Shown piece after piece: positions 30,594-40,862 of a stretch of DNA of 64,000 nucleotides. The notes below the pieces were generated by a model, which did no database searches, was not told the origin of the DNA, and was given only the letters and a program-made list of their open reading frames with translations. Source of the stretch: Longimicrobiales bacterium (lineage in GTDB: Bacteria; Gemmatimonadota; Gemmatimonadetes; Longimicrobiales; Gaopeijiaceae); NCBI GenBank assembly GCA_965218295.1, contig CBDCKN010000005.1, forward strand, positions 32,001 through 96,000. Reading direction: 5' to 3'. The translations under genes and the position numbers were made by a program. How positions within the stretch are numbered: position 1 is the stretch's first letter; each line of letters starts with the position of its first letter.

Positions 30594-30659
30594 TTAGTGT
30601 CCCGTTACCAAAGTGTCTCGGCCAGTCGAGGGCACGGTGCATCCGCAACGGAACACTAC
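30594..30659 (+). mobile_element. Internally deleted MITE-like copy between nuoF and nuoG
   Basis: TTAGTGTCCCGTTACCAAAGTGTCTCGGCCAGTCGAGGGCACGGTGCATCCG joined to CAACGGAACACTA; near-identical to both ends of the 1254 copy. Confidence 0.78.
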
Positions 30660-31948
30660 GCGACCCCCACTCTCTCCCCGCGGCGGATCAGCGCCAGATA
30701 CTCGTCTTTGAACTTCGCTATGGAGGACTGGACCGGGGCCGCCACCGAGTCCGAGAGCACACAGATGGTCGTACCGGTCATCTGGTCCGTGAGCTCGATG
30801 AGGGTGTCCAGGTCCTCCTCCGTCCCGCGGCCGTCCTCGATGCGCCGGAGGATCTTGGTGACCCAGGTCGTGCCCTCACGGCAGGGCGTGCATTGCCCGC
30901 AGGATTCGTGGGCGTAGAACGATGCCATGCGCATGACCTGATGAACGATGTCGGTGGATTCGTCCATCACGATGACCGACGCACAGCCGAGCATCGACCC
31001 GGCTTCCACCACGCCCTCGTAAGACAGCTCGCACGTCTCGCATTCCTCGGCGGAGAGGAGGGGGACGGAGCTCCCACCGGGTATGACCGACTTCAGGGCT
31101 CGGCCCTCTGGGATCCCACTGCAAACGTCGTAGATGAGCTCGTGCAACGGGAAGCCCAGGGGCAGCTCGTAGTTACCCGGTCGGTTCACGTGGCCGCTCA
31201 CGCAGAACAGCTTGGTTCCGGGGCTCTGCTCCGTGCCCCACTGCCGGTACCATTCACCTCCGTTCTCGATGATGGAGGGGATGGCGCAAAGCGTCTCCAC
31301 GTTGTTGATGGTGGTGGGCATCCCGAAAATGCCCACAGCGGCCGGGAAGGGTGGCTTCACCCGCGGCTCCCCCCGACGTCCCTCCAGGGAGTTCATGAGT
31401 CCCGTTTCTTCTCCGCAGATGTAGGCCCCTGCACCGACGTACACGGTCAGGTCGATCTTCTGGCCCGAGCCCATGACGTCGTCGCCGAGGATTCCGGCCT
31501 CGTACGCGTCCTCGACGGCACGGGCGAGGACCTGGTTGGCCTCGAAGAACTCGCCTCTGCAGTAGATGTAGACGTGCTCGGCGCCCATGGCGTAGGCTCC
31601 GATGACGCATCCCTCGATGAGCAGGTGCGGCACCCAGCGGAGGAGCTCGCGGTCCTTGAAGGTACCGGGCTCCGACTCGTCGGCGTTGCACACGAGATAG
31701 TGAGCCCTGGACTTATCCTTCGGCATGAAGCTCCACTTGAGGCCCGTGGGGAAGCCCGCCCCGCCCCGGCCTCGGAGCCCCGAGTCTTTCACGGTCTCCA
31801 CGACGTCCTCGGGACTCATGTCCAGGGCCTTCTTCAGGGCCTGGTATCCGCCCCTGGCCTTCCAGCCCTCCAGCGTCCGGGCTTCCGGATCACCGAAGTA
31901 CTTGGAGAGGATCGGGACTTCCTTGTCATGACTGTACGGGTAGCCCAT
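30656..31948 (-). CDS. nuoF: NADH-quinone oxidoreductase subunit F
   Basis: GLRGRGGAGFPTG, NADESEPG, GAGAYICGEE, ESCGQCTPCREG. Confidence 0.97.
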   Translation of the reverse strand: MGYPYSHDKEVPILSKYFGDPEARTLEGWKARGGYQALKKALDMSPEDVVETVKDSGLRGRGGAGFPTGLKWSFMPKDKSRAHYLVCNADESEPGTFKDRELLRWVPHLLIEGCVIGAYAMGAEHVYIYCRGEFFEANQVLARAVEDAYEAGILGDDVMGSGQKIDLTVYVGAGAYICGEETGLMNSLEGRRGEPRVKPPFPAAVGIFGMPTTINNVETLCAIPSIIENGGEWYRQWGTEQSPGTKLFCVSGHVNRPGNYELPLGFPLHELIYDVCSGIPEGRALKSVIPGGSSVPLLSAEECETCELSYEGVVEAGSMLGCASVIVMDESTDIVHQVMRMASFYAHESCGQCTPCREGTTWVTKILRRIEDGRGTEEDLDTLIELTDQMTGTTICVLSDSVAAPVQSSIAKFKDEYLALIRRGERVGVA

Positions 31949-31950
31949 GC

Positions 31951-32646
31951 CTAGAGGCCTGTTGAAGAAGTGGGGCGAGCCGCGTTAGGAGCGTCACCGT
32001 TATCGCTCTTCAGTTGCTCGAGGATCTTGGGCACTTCACCGGGCGTCACGTTCTCGAAGTACCTGGAGTTGATCTGCACGCAGGTGGGAAAGCCGCAACC
32101 CGCCAGGCACTCCGCCTCGGTGATCGTGAACGCCCCATCGGCGGACGTTGCGCCCAGTTCAGTGTCCGTGTACGTGAGGAAGGCGTCCAGCACGTCTTCG
32201 CCGCCACACAGGTTGCAGCTGATGTTGGTACAGACCTGGATCAGGTACCGCCCCACGGGCCGCTTGTTGTACATGGTATAGAACGTGGCCACGCCCCGGA
32301 CGTAGGCCGCCGACAGGCCGAGCAGCTCGGCGACCCGATCCATGGTCTCGGGAGAGATGTGACCGCGCACTTCCTGGGCCAGATTCAACGCCGGAATCAG
32401 CGCGGCCTGCTGGTCCGGGTAGCGCGTCAGGATCTTCTCGATGCGCTCTTGATACGGACCCTCGAAGAGAGGCGCGTCCGGGCTCTTCTCCTCGAGCATG
32501 TACGGATAGCTTGCGACGCCCGCGGGATGGCCGCCCTCCAGGGCGCGCACACCCACGAAGTCGAGCCCACGGACCTGTTCTTCCGTGAGGTCGTACTCCC
32601 CGGTGTTTCCGGCCCAGCCGGGGTTCTTGAAGGGAATCTCGCTCAT
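31951..32646 (-). CDS. nuoE: NADH-quinone oxidoreductase subunit E with N-terminal extension
   Basis: VATFYTMY, CTNISC, ECLAGC. Confidence 0.93.
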   Translation of the reverse strand: MSEIPFKNPGWAGNTGEYDLTEEQVRGLDFVGVRALEGGHPAGVASYPYMLEEKSPDAPLFEGPYQERIEKILTRYPDQQAALIPALNLAQEVRGHISPETMDRVAELLGLSAAYVRGVATFYTMYNKRPVGRYLIQVCTNISCNLCGGEDVLDAFLTYTDTELGATSADGAFTITEAECLAGCGFPTCVQINSRYFENVTPGEVPKILEQLKSDNGDAPNAARPTSSTGL

Positions 32647-33842
32647 CGATCAATCTCGCCCAGAACGATGTCCAGGCTGGCGTTGATCATGATCAGGTCG
32701 GAGACCAGGTGGCCTTCGGCCAGCTTCGAGATCACCGACAGGTTGACGAAGGACGGGGGCCGGATTCTCCAGCGGACCGGCTTCTCGCCGCCGTCGCTCA
32801 CCACGTACATCCCTAGCTCACCCTTGGAGCCCTCCACCGCGAAGTAGCAGTCCCCCGCTGGCACGGGGATGCCCTCCGTGATCAGCTTGAAGTGGTGGAT
32901 CATCGACTCCATGTCGCTCATGCAATCGGTCTTACTGGGCAGGGACACCCGGGGATCGTCCACGTTGATGGGACCGTCGGGGAGCCGGTCCAGGGCCTGG
33001 TGCAGGATGCGGACGGTCTGGCGCATCTCCTCCATGCGGACCAGGTAGCGGTCGTAGCAGTCGCCGTTCTCGCCTATCGGCACCTCGAAGTCGTAGGTCT
33101 CGTAGTCGTAGTACGGCTGGTCCTTGCGGAGATCGTAGGGCACGCCCGAGGCCCTCAGGTTGGGACCGGTGAAGCCGTAGTTGACGGCGTCCTCCCCCGA
33201 GATGACCCCCACGTCGAGCGTCCGCCCGAGGTGGATCCCGTTCGTGGTCAGCAGAGAGTCGATGTCGTCGAGGGTGTCCGGGAACGTCTCCAGGAAGTCC
33301 TTGAGCGACTCGGTCCAGCCGTCGGGGAGATCGGCCATCATGCCACCGATCCGCGTGGCCGACGTGGTGATGCGCTGGCCCGTGAACGACTCGTGGAGCT
33401 GGTGGATGCGCTCCCGCTCCTGGAAGGCGTATAGGAAGGGGGTGAACGCCCCCACGTCGATGGCCGTGGTGCCGAGCCACAGGAGGTGGCTGAAGATCCG
33501 GTCCATCTCCATGCAGATGACCCGTACGACCTTGCAGCGCTCCGTGACCTCGAGGCCCATGAGCTTCTCGACGGCCATGACGTAGACGCAGTTGTAGATG
33601 AGTGGCGCCAGGTAGTCCATCCGGTCTGTCAGGGGGACGATCTGGTTCCACGTCCGGTACTCGCCGAGCTTCTCGAAGGACGAGTGCAGGAATCCGATGT
33701 CGGGCATGACCCGGAGAACCGTCTCGCCGTCGAGCTCGCAGATCAAGCGAAGCACTCCATGCGTCGCAGGGTGCTGGGGCCCGATGTTGATGAGCATGTG
33801 CTCCGAGCCGATAATGGGCTCCACGGACGAGTTGGGTATCAC
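32643..33842 (-). CDS. nuoD: NADH-quinone oxidoreductase subunit D
   Basis: NIGPQHPATHGVLR, DRMDY, DIVLGEIDR; GTG 33842 overlaps the nuoC stop. Confidence 0.96.
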   Translation of the reverse strand: MIPNSSVEPIIGSEHMLINIGPQHPATHGVLRLICELDGETVLRVMPDIGFLHSSFEKLGEYRTWNQIVPLTDRMDYLAPLIYNCVYVMAVEKLMGLEVTERCKVVRVICMEMDRIFSHLLWLGTTAIDVGAFTPFLYAFQERERIHQLHESFTGQRITTSATRIGGMMADLPDGWTESLKDFLETFPDTLDDIDSLLTTNGIHLGRTLDVGVISGEDAVNYGFTGPNLRASGVPYDLRKDQPYYDYETYDFEVPIGENGDCYDRYLVRMEEMRQTVRILHQALDRLPDGPINVDDPRVSLPSKTDCMSDMESMIHHFKLITEGIPVPAGDCYFAVEGSKGELGMYVVSDGGEKPVRWRIRPPSFVNLSVISKLAEGHLVSDLIMINASLDIVLGEIDR

Positions 33843-34543
33843 GGAGTGTCCTCCACGTCTGCACCCGGCTCGTCCGGCTCCGGCGGAAGGAGGCCCGGGG
33901 CGCCGCCCATCTCGAGCACTTCTTCCGTGTAGTAGTCGTGGTAGTCCTGGGAGAGGGCACGCTTCGTCTGCTCGGCCCGCGAGAAGCGCCCCCGGAGCGG
34001 GAAATCCTTCCGGAGGGGGTGCCCCTCGGCATAGTTCTGCGGCATCATGATCCGTCGAAGGTCGGGGTGTCCCGGGAAGTCCACGCCGAACAGGTCGTAG
34101 ACCTCTCGCTCGAGCCAATCGGCCGAGTGCCAGAGCGACGTCACCGTCTCGATGGCCAGCCTCTCGAGCTCCACCAGCTCGCACTTGACCCTGAGGGCCC
34201 GTCGATGAGTCACGGACCAGAGCTGGTAGACCATCTGTATGGGTCGCCCTCCACCGTAGTCGACGGCGGTGACATCCACGAGCAGATCGTAGTCGTGGTC
34301 CGCATCGCCCTTCAGCCAGCCCAGAATCTCGGCGTTTTGCGTGGGCTCGATGAAAACGACGTACTGGTCACCGGCCTGCACTTCGTGGTAAAGAACGGCT
34401 TCGCCGAAGCGGTCTTTCAAAGCGGTGACGGAGGGGTGCTCCAGGGCCTGATCGGCCGTGCCCCGTAGAGTCTCGACGGGACCGTCGGAAGCCTCCGGCC
34501 CCTCCTCCACCACGTCGAACGTGGGGCCGTTGTCTTCTGCCAT
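33839..34543 (-). CDS. nuoC: NADH-quinone oxidoreductase subunit C
   Basis: WLEREVYDLFGV.F.GHPDLRRI, GHPLRKDFPL. Confidence 0.96.
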   Translation of the reverse strand: MAEDNGPTFDVVEEGPEASDGPVETLRGTADQALEHPSVTALKDRFGEAVLYHEVQAGDQYVVFIEPTQNAEILGWLKGDADHDYDLLVDVTAVDYGGGRPIQMVYQLWSVTHRRALRVKCELVELERLAIETVTSLWHSADWLEREVYDLFGVDFPGHPDLRRIMMPQNYAEGHPLRKDFPLRGRFSRAEQTKRALSQDYHDYYTEEVLEMGGAPGLLPPEPDEPGADVEDTP

Positions 34544-34554
34544 GCCCAGCCCGC

Positions 34555-35274
34555 CTACGGAAGCAGATCCTCGGACCGGTCCGGACGCTTGGTCTGGGCC
34601 AGGCCGGCGAGGCGCTCCTGCTGGGTGGAGTTTCCGAACGGACCAGACAGGGCCGCGACTTCTTCGGCGCTCACCTCTGGGAGTCCGACCCGATCAGGAT
34701 CCTCCGCCCTCAGGTTGTGATGCTCCGCGAGAGTCTCTCCTCGGATCTTCTCCTGGATCATCATGAGGCCGTAGATGAGGCCCTCGGGACGGGGAGGACA
34801 TCCGGGCACGTAGACGTCGACGGGAACGATGGTGTCGATCCCCTGCACCATCGAGTAGACGTCGAACACGCCGCCCGAGCTGGCGCAGGCCCCCATTGAG
34901 ACGACCCACTTGGGCTGCATCATCTGGTCGTAGATGCGTCGGAGAACGGGTGCGAGCTTGTACGGAACCCGGCCGGCGCAGATGAGAACGTCGGCCTGGC
35001 GCGGGCTGAACGCCATGCGCTCCATGCCGAAGCGAGCCAGGTCGAAGTTGGACGCGGCGGAAGCCATCATCTCGATGGCACAACAGGCCGTTCCGAAGGG
35101 CATGGGCCACAGGGAGTTCCTGCGGGCCCAATTCACGACGAAGTCGACCTTTGTGGTGAGAAACGTGGGGCCACCGGCACCCATGAGGCCCCCCCTGTGG
35201 CCACCCGTGTGGCCCATTGCATGGGCGTCCGCCACGCTCGGCGTGCCGCCCATATCGCCTTCGTTCAGTCCCAT
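34555..35274 (-). CDS. nuoB: NADH-quinone oxidoreductase subunit B
   Basis: [31 protein letters not shown]. Confidence 0.96.
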   Translation of the reverse strand: MGLNEGDMGGTPSVADAHAMGHTGGHRGGLMGAGGPTFLTTKVDFVVNWARRNSLWPMPFGTACCAIEMMASAASNFDLARFGMERMAFSPRQADVLICAGRVPYKLAPVLRRIYDQMMQPKWVVSMGACASSGGVFDVYSMVQGIDTIVPVDVYVPGCPPRPEGLIYGLMMIQEKIRGETLAEHHNLRAEDPDRVGLPEVSAEEVAALSGPFGNSTQQERLAGLAQTKRPDRSEDLLP

Positions 35275-35621
35275 TCGAGTCCTCCCTTCTTCCACTCGTA
35301 GAGAAGCCCCACGGCCAGTACGGCCACGAACATGCTCACCGCTACGAATGCCCCCCAGCCGAGCTCCCGCATCTCCACGGCCCAGGGAATGAGAAAAATG
35401 GTCTCCAGATCGAAGACGATAAAGCTGATGGCCACCAAGTAGAACTTGACGGAAAAGCGCACCCGGGTGTCGCCAAGCGGAATCATACCCGACTCGTAGG
35501 GCATCTCCTTGTGTGGAGTGGGTCGCCTGGGGTTGAGAACGTGAGAGGCGATGCCCATTCCGAGCGCGTTGATGACCGACACGCCGAAGAGGATCAACAG
35601 CGGGATGTATGATCCCGACAT
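35265..35621 (-). CDS. nuoA: NADH-quinone oxidoreductase subunit A
   Basis: [25 protein letters not shown]. Confidence 0.96.
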   Translation of the reverse strand: MSGSYIPLLILFGVSVINALGMGIASHVLNPRRPTPHKEMPYESGMIPLGDTRVRFSVKFYLVAISFIVFDLETIFLIPWAVEMRELGWGAFVAVSMFVAVLAVGLLYEWKKGGLEWD

Positions 35622-35640
35622 GGCGGCCTTTTGAGGTGGC

Positions 35641-35658
35641 TTGTGAAATCGTTCACTT
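35641..35658. promoter_or_regulatory. Candidate Rex (or CRP-family) operator in the nuoA leader
   Basis: TTGTGAA-ATCG-TTCACTT versus Rex consensus TTGTGAA-N4-TTCACAA. Confidence 0.55.
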
Positions 35659-35670
35659 GTTGGACGACAA

Positions 35671-35700
35671 AAGGTATTCCGAGGCTCGAAGAAGTGTCAA
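35671..35700 (-). promoter_or_regulatory. Sigma70-type promoter of the nuo operon
   Basis: TTGACA-N18-TACCTT on the minus strand. Confidence 0.55.
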
Positions 35701-35767
35701 GCCGCGTCCGGGGCCCCTGGGGCCCCGTTTGCAGTACCATCCCACGCGGTCGTATTTTGACGCCGAC

Positions 35768-36322
35768 ATGCCAATCAAGAGCGATAACTGGATCCGCAGG
35801 ATGGCCGAAGAGCACGGGATGATCGAGCCCTTCGAGGCCAACCAGGTAAAGGATGGCAACATCTCCTTCGGGCTTTCCTCATACGGCTACGACATCCGCG
35901 TCGCCTCGGAGTTCAAGGTCTTCACGAACGTTCACAACGTGATCGTCGATCCCAAGCACTTCGACGACCGCTCCTTCGTGGACGTGAACGAGAAAGAATG
36001 CATCATTCCGCCCAACTCGTTCGCGCTGGCACGCACCGAGGAATACCTCCGGATTCCCCGGAACGTCCTGGTGGTGTGCGTGGGAAAGAGCACCTACGCA
36101 CGGTGCGGCATTATCGTGAACGTGACCCCGTTGGAGCCCACCTGGTGTGGGTATCTCACCCTGGAGATCTCGAACACCACGCCGCTCCCCGCGAAGATCT
36201 ACGGAGGAGAGGGCATCGCCCAGCTCCTCTTCTTCGAGGGCGATGAGGAGCCGAGCGTGGCCTACGTCGATCGGAACGGGAAGTACCAGGATCAGGTCGG
36301 GGTGACCCTACCCAAGCTCTAG
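35768..36322 (+). CDS. dcd: dCTP deaminase
   Basis: [37 protein letters not shown]; start trimmed to ATG 35768. Confidence 0.95.
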   Translation: MPIKSDNWIRRMAEEHGMIEPFEANQVKDGNISFGLSSYGYDIRVASEFKVFTNVHNVIVDPKHFDDRSFVDVNEKECIIPPNSFALARTEEYLRIPRNVLVVCVGKSTYARCGIIVNVTPLEPTWCGYLTLEISNTTPLPAKIYGGEGIAQLLFFEGDEEPSVAYVDRNGKYQDQVGVTLPKL

Positions 36323-38950
36323 CCGGACATCCGGGCGGCTCGGAACAGCATGTCGGCGGACTGAAGGAGCTTTCCCCGCAGCCGCGGCGGGTAGTCGGGA
36401 CCCAGTCCTTCCAGGAAGGCCCGGACGATGAGAGCCGCCTCGGCCGAGCTGTGCCCGCCCAAGGTGGAGTCGAGCCACCCTTTCGGGAAGAAGATATCTC
36501 CTGTGCGCTGGATCTCTTCAAGGAGAGCCAGACTCGGCAGAATGAACCGTCGGGAGTGGGCGGAACGGAGCGGGTGATGCAAGGCCGCGAGACCTGACCG
36601 CACCCACGGCTCGCGCTCGCGGTTCGCCGGGTCGCTGAGCTGTGCGAAAAAGGCCTCGCGCACGGCCGGATCGCTGGACAGAGCCGGTCGGATGAAGGCG
36701 AAGCGATCCCTTCGGTCGGGGTTTGTGATGCGCTCGGCCTGGCGAGTGAGGATCTCCTCGACATCGGGCACGTCGCGCACTGCAAGTGCCTCGGCGAGGC
36801 TCGTGAAGTCCCGCTCCGACAACGTAACGCCCGGAACCTCCATGGCTTCGTCCCAGATGCGCCTCAAGCGCTCGACCCCATCATCGGAGATCACAATGCG
36901 TCTCCAGGCCCCGAAATAGGCCGCTCCCAGTGTGGGCGCCGAGGCGGATTCGATGCCCGCCCATAGCACGCCCTCCAGGTTCGGAGCCAGCTCCCGTCGT
37001 TCCCCCTCGCTTGTGAGCCGCCAGAAAGCCGTGCCCACGTATCCCAGGATGCGTTGAACGTTCTGCTCCACGGACTCCGTCCTGAGACCCCTGAGGAGAA
37101 GGTCCATCCATGCGGTGGGCTTGACCTCTCCCTCCAGGACGGCATCCCACAGGGTCACCCACCCGATTCCTCTGATGAGGGGATCCTCCACCTCGGGGAG
37201 GTTCTCCATGAGATACCGCAGGCTGAGCGAGTCCAGATGGAAGTGCCCATACTCCACCCCCGCGGCGTTGGGGAGCACGAAGTTCGGGCGTGGACAACCG
37301 ATCCAGTCGTCCAGTGGGGCCGCGGAGCCCGAGAGATCGACGGGGACCCGAAAGGTCTCGTCATCGTAGGCCAGGAGCACCTCGAGTTGCTGAGGCCAGA
37401 TGCGATCTCGCTCGTGAGGGTCTTCCTGGAAGACCATGAGCAGGTCCATCCCGCCCTCGCCGTTGTCCAGGATCTGCGTGATGATCACGGGGCGCCCGGG
37501 CTCCTCCACCCACATCTGACTCCACACCGCCAGGTCCGCCTCGGAGCGGCGATCCAGAATGGCGATGAGCTCGGGCCATGTCGCGTTTCCGTAGCTGAAC
37601 GCGCTCAGGTACTCGCGCATGCCGTCACGAAATGGCTCTTCCCCGAGGAGCAACTCGAGCTGGCGCATGACGATGGGAGCCTTCTGGTAGATGATTGCCC
37701 CGTAAAGGCTACTGGCCCCCTTCAGGTTCTCCAGGGGCTGGCGGATGGAGTTGGCGCCGTCGGTGCGATCGACGCCGTAGGCCGTGTTGTGATGGGCCAG
37801 GAAGAAGCGGAGGTCGTGATCGATCTCCGGGAACGACGGATAGACGATCTTCGCCGCCATGAAGTTGGCGAACACCTCCTTCGTCCAGACGTCGTCGAAC
37901 CAGTTCATGGTGACCAGATCACCGAACCACATGTGAGCGGTCTCATGGGCGATGAGGCTGGCCCGGCCCAGGTGCTGGGACTGCCTAGCGGACTCGTCCA
38001 GCATCAGGCTGGACTGGCGGTACTGGACTGGCGGTACTGGACTGGCGGTAGAAGATGCCGCCCGGGTGCTCCATGCCCCCGTATTGGAAAGGCGGGATGA
38101 GTACGAAGTCGAACTTCCCGAAGGGGTACGGGATGTCCGTGTACTCCTCCAGCCACTCCAGCGCCACCTCGTGGAGGTCGAAGATCGCCTCACGATTCCG
38201 CGCCACCTTCTCGTCGTCCGTCTCCCTGTGGAACATCCTCATCGTGCGACCGGCACGCTCGGCCGTCTCGATACGGAAGTCGCCCACCGCGAAGGCGAAG
38301 AGGTACGTGGGGATGGGCTCGGTCTCCGCGAAACGGTAGGTCGCTCCCCCCTCCCCTCCCGTCGCCTCGTCCCTTGCAGTCTCTTCCCCGTTGGCCACGG
38401 CCACCCACCCCTCCGGGACGTCGAGCGAGAGGGTGAACCGGCCCTTCAGGTTCGGCTGATCGAAGAGCGGCAACGAGAAATGAGCCCGATCGGGTACGAA
38501 GAGCGTGTACAGGAAGGCGTTGTTGCGGTTGAGGGCCTCGTCCCCGGCCGCGAAGTCGACTTCGATCTGGTTGCGTGAACCCGCGTCGAGAGCCCTGGCG
38601 GGTACCACCACGTGATCGTTGACGGCTTCCCAATCCACCGGGACCCCATTTGCCCGAACGGCTGCCACCCGCTCGAGTGGGTCACTGAAGTCGAGGATCA
38701 CGTCGGTACGCTCGGCGTCTGACCATGCGAAGTCGACGGTCACGGACCCCTCAAGGGCCGACTCGCGCTCCCGCGGAACTCGGAGTCGGTAGTCGTAGCG
38801 GACGTCCTCGAGGGTCGCCGAACGGAGCTCCGCCAGCTCCCACGAGATCCCCTCCTCCGTGAAGAGCGGGGAGCGGGCGTCGGAGCAGCCGCAGAGGGTC
38901 AGGGCCACCGATCCGGTTACCAAGAGAGAGGGGCGAGCGTGGCGTATCAT
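36319..38950 (-). pseudogene. M1 family aminopeptidase (PepN-like, probable lipoprotein), frameshifted by a tandem repeat
   Basis: 5' frame carries FDQPNLK and GGMEHPG; 3' frame carries AHETAHMWFGDLVT...KE and YQKA; the frame changes within the repeat at 38009-38050. Confidence 0.88.
38009..38050. repeat. Perfect tandem repeat, 3 x 14 bp (CTGGACTGGCGGTA)
   Basis: Read directly: 38009-22, 38023-36, 38037-50. Confidence 0.97.
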
Positions 38951-39133
38951 TGGCGAGACGACCCTGGAGAGTCTTGGACGAGGAGTCAACTTGGCGGGGA
39001 TGCGGCGACCCTGAAAGGGGTGCTCGAGGCCCTCCCCCACGAGAAGAGGCCCTCCCGGGAGCTCCTCCCGGGCCTGCTCGAGGTCTCCCGTGGGGGCGTC
39101 CCACTTCTGGATCAGCCCCGTTACATTCCCGAG

Positions 39134-39703
39134 ATGACCGAGTCCGCACCCGCGCTGCAGGGCTACTGCGCCGCCGAGGGCCATCCGTTCCACGGACCCT
39201 ATCACGACGAGGAGTACGGTTTCCCCGTCACCGACGACAACCTCCTCTTCGAGCGACTCGTCCTGGAGATGAACCAAGCCGGGCTTTCGTGGCTGACGAT
39301 CCTGAAGAAGAAGGAGACCTTCCGGCAGGCGTACGACGGATTCGACTTAGCCCAAGTCGCCTCCTACGGGGATGCCGACCGGACCCGGCTCCTGGCCGAC
39401 CCCGGGATCATCCGCAATCGTCTCAAGGTCGACGCCGCCATCCATAACGCCGGACGTATCCTCGAGATCTGTGAGTCGCACGCCTCATTCGCCCGGTGGT
39501 TGGAGAGCCACCATCCCCGATCGAAGGCCGATTGGGTCCGCCTGTTCAAGAAGTCCTTCCGCTTCACCGGCGGCGAGATCACTGGCGAGTTCCTGACGAG
39601 CATCGGCTACCTGCCGGGTGCCCACGACCCCAACTGTCCCGTCTACGCCCGGATCCTCCACCTCGATCCACCATGGGCGCGGGCCGACGACGGAGCCCCT
39701 TGA
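39134..39703 (+). CDS. tag: DNA-3-methyladenine glycosylase I
   Basis: YHDEEYG.P, LFERLVLEMNQAGLSW.TILKK, IIRNRLK, GAH...C. Confidence 0.92.
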   Translation: MTESAPALQGYCAAEGHPFHGPYHDEEYGFPVTDDNLLFERLVLEMNQAGLSWLTILKKKETFRQAYDGFDLAQVASYGDADRTRLLADPGIIRNRLKVDAAIHNAGRILEICESHASFARWLESHHPRSKADWVRLFKKSFRFTGGEITGEFLTSIGYLPGAHDPNCPVYARILHLDPPWARADDGAP

Positions 39704-40758
39704 GCACGGATCGGCCCACGCAGGAGACCTGGATCGCCACGCCGTTTCACTCACCGTGGTGGCTCCCCGGCGCCCATGCCCAGACCCTTATAGGGAAGCT
39801 GCTCCGTTCAAAGCCCCAGCTCGGTGTGACGGCCGAGCGGATCGACACCCCGGACGGCGACTTCCTGGATCTGGCCTGGATGCCCGAGACCGATCCTGGG
39901 GCGCCTGTGGTCCTCGTGCTTCATGGCCTCGAGGGACACACGCGTAGGGGGTACGTCATCCAGATGTTCGTGGCCCTGGCCGATCGGGGCATGCGGGCCG
40001 TGGGTCTCAACTTCCGGGGCTGCTCCGGAGAGATAAACCGAGCCCCCCAGTTCTACCACTCCGGGGAGACGGAGGATGTGGCCCTGGTGGTCCGGCTCCT
40101 CCGGGACCGGTTCCCCGGCCGACCGCTCATGGCGGTGGGTTTTTCCCTAGGAGGAAATGTCCTTCTCAAGTTCCTCGGAGAGCAGACCGACCGCGGCAGT
40201 CTTCCCATCTCGGCCGCCGTCGCGATCTCCGTTCCCTACGACCTCTCGGCAGGTGCCACGGCTCTCGCGCAGGGCGTCATGGCTCGCTTCTATACACGCT
40301 ACTTCGTCCGCTCTCTCATGAGAAAGGTGCGTGCAAAAAGGGCGTTGCTGGAGAACCTGATCGACTTGAGCACCGTGAGTGACAGGGCGACAATGCGAGC
40401 ATTCGACGACGCGGTGACCGCCCCCCTCCACGGCTTCTCCGGAGCCGAGGACTACTATGAGCTATGCAGCTCGAGGTGGTTCGTTTCCAGGATTCAGACC
40501 CCGACCCTCCTCCTTCACTCCCTCAACGACCCGTTTCTCCCCTCCTCGGCGATCCCCCGGGCGATCATCGCAGCCAACCCGCACCTGACGCTCGTGGTCA
40601 CCGATAAAGGTGGGCACGTCGGGTTTGTCGAGGGGGCTGTGCCGTGGAGTCCATCTTTCTGGGCTGAGCGAGAGGCCGCCGGCTTTCTCCGTCACCAGTA
40701 CCGGGTGCAAGCCATCGCCCGGGGTCGAGGTCATGATCTCCCCACTTGGATAGCTTGA
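39700..40758 (+). CDS. YheT-like alpha/beta hydrolase
   Basis: HAQT, DGDFLDL, HGLEG, GFSLGG nucleophile, GGHVGF; TTG 39700 overlaps the tag stop. Confidence 0.88.
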   Translation: MSTDRPTQETWIATPFHSPWWLPGAHAQTLIGKLLRSKPQLGVTAERIDTPDGDFLDLAWMPETDPGAPVVLVLHGLEGHTRRGYVIQMFVALADRGMRAVGLNFRGCSGEINRAPQFYHSGETEDVALVVRLLRDRFPGRPLMAVGFSLGGNVLLKFLGEQTDRGSLPISAAVAISVPYDLSAGATALAQGVMARFYTRYFVRSLMRKVRAKRALLENLIDLSTVSDRATMRAFDDAVTAPLHGFSGAEDYYELCSSRWFVSRIQTPTLLLHSLNDPFLPSSAIPRAIIAANPHLTLVVTDKGGHVGFVEGAVPWSPSFWAEREAAGFLRHQYRVQAIARGRGHDLPTWIA

Positions 40759-40783
40759 CCAACACGTCGAAACCCGGTAGAGT
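40755..40783 (+). promoter_or_regulatory. Sigma70-type promoter of the cold-shock gene
   Basis: TTGACC-N17-TAGAGT, about 80 nt upstream of ATG 40863; SD GAGGGAG present. Confidence 0.6.
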
Positions 40784-40862
40784 GGCGCCGTTCTAGTAGT
40801 TAGGACAAAAGGAGCGCTCGTAAGGTGCGTCGCCCGATGAACGATTGAGAGGGAGTTGGTGC

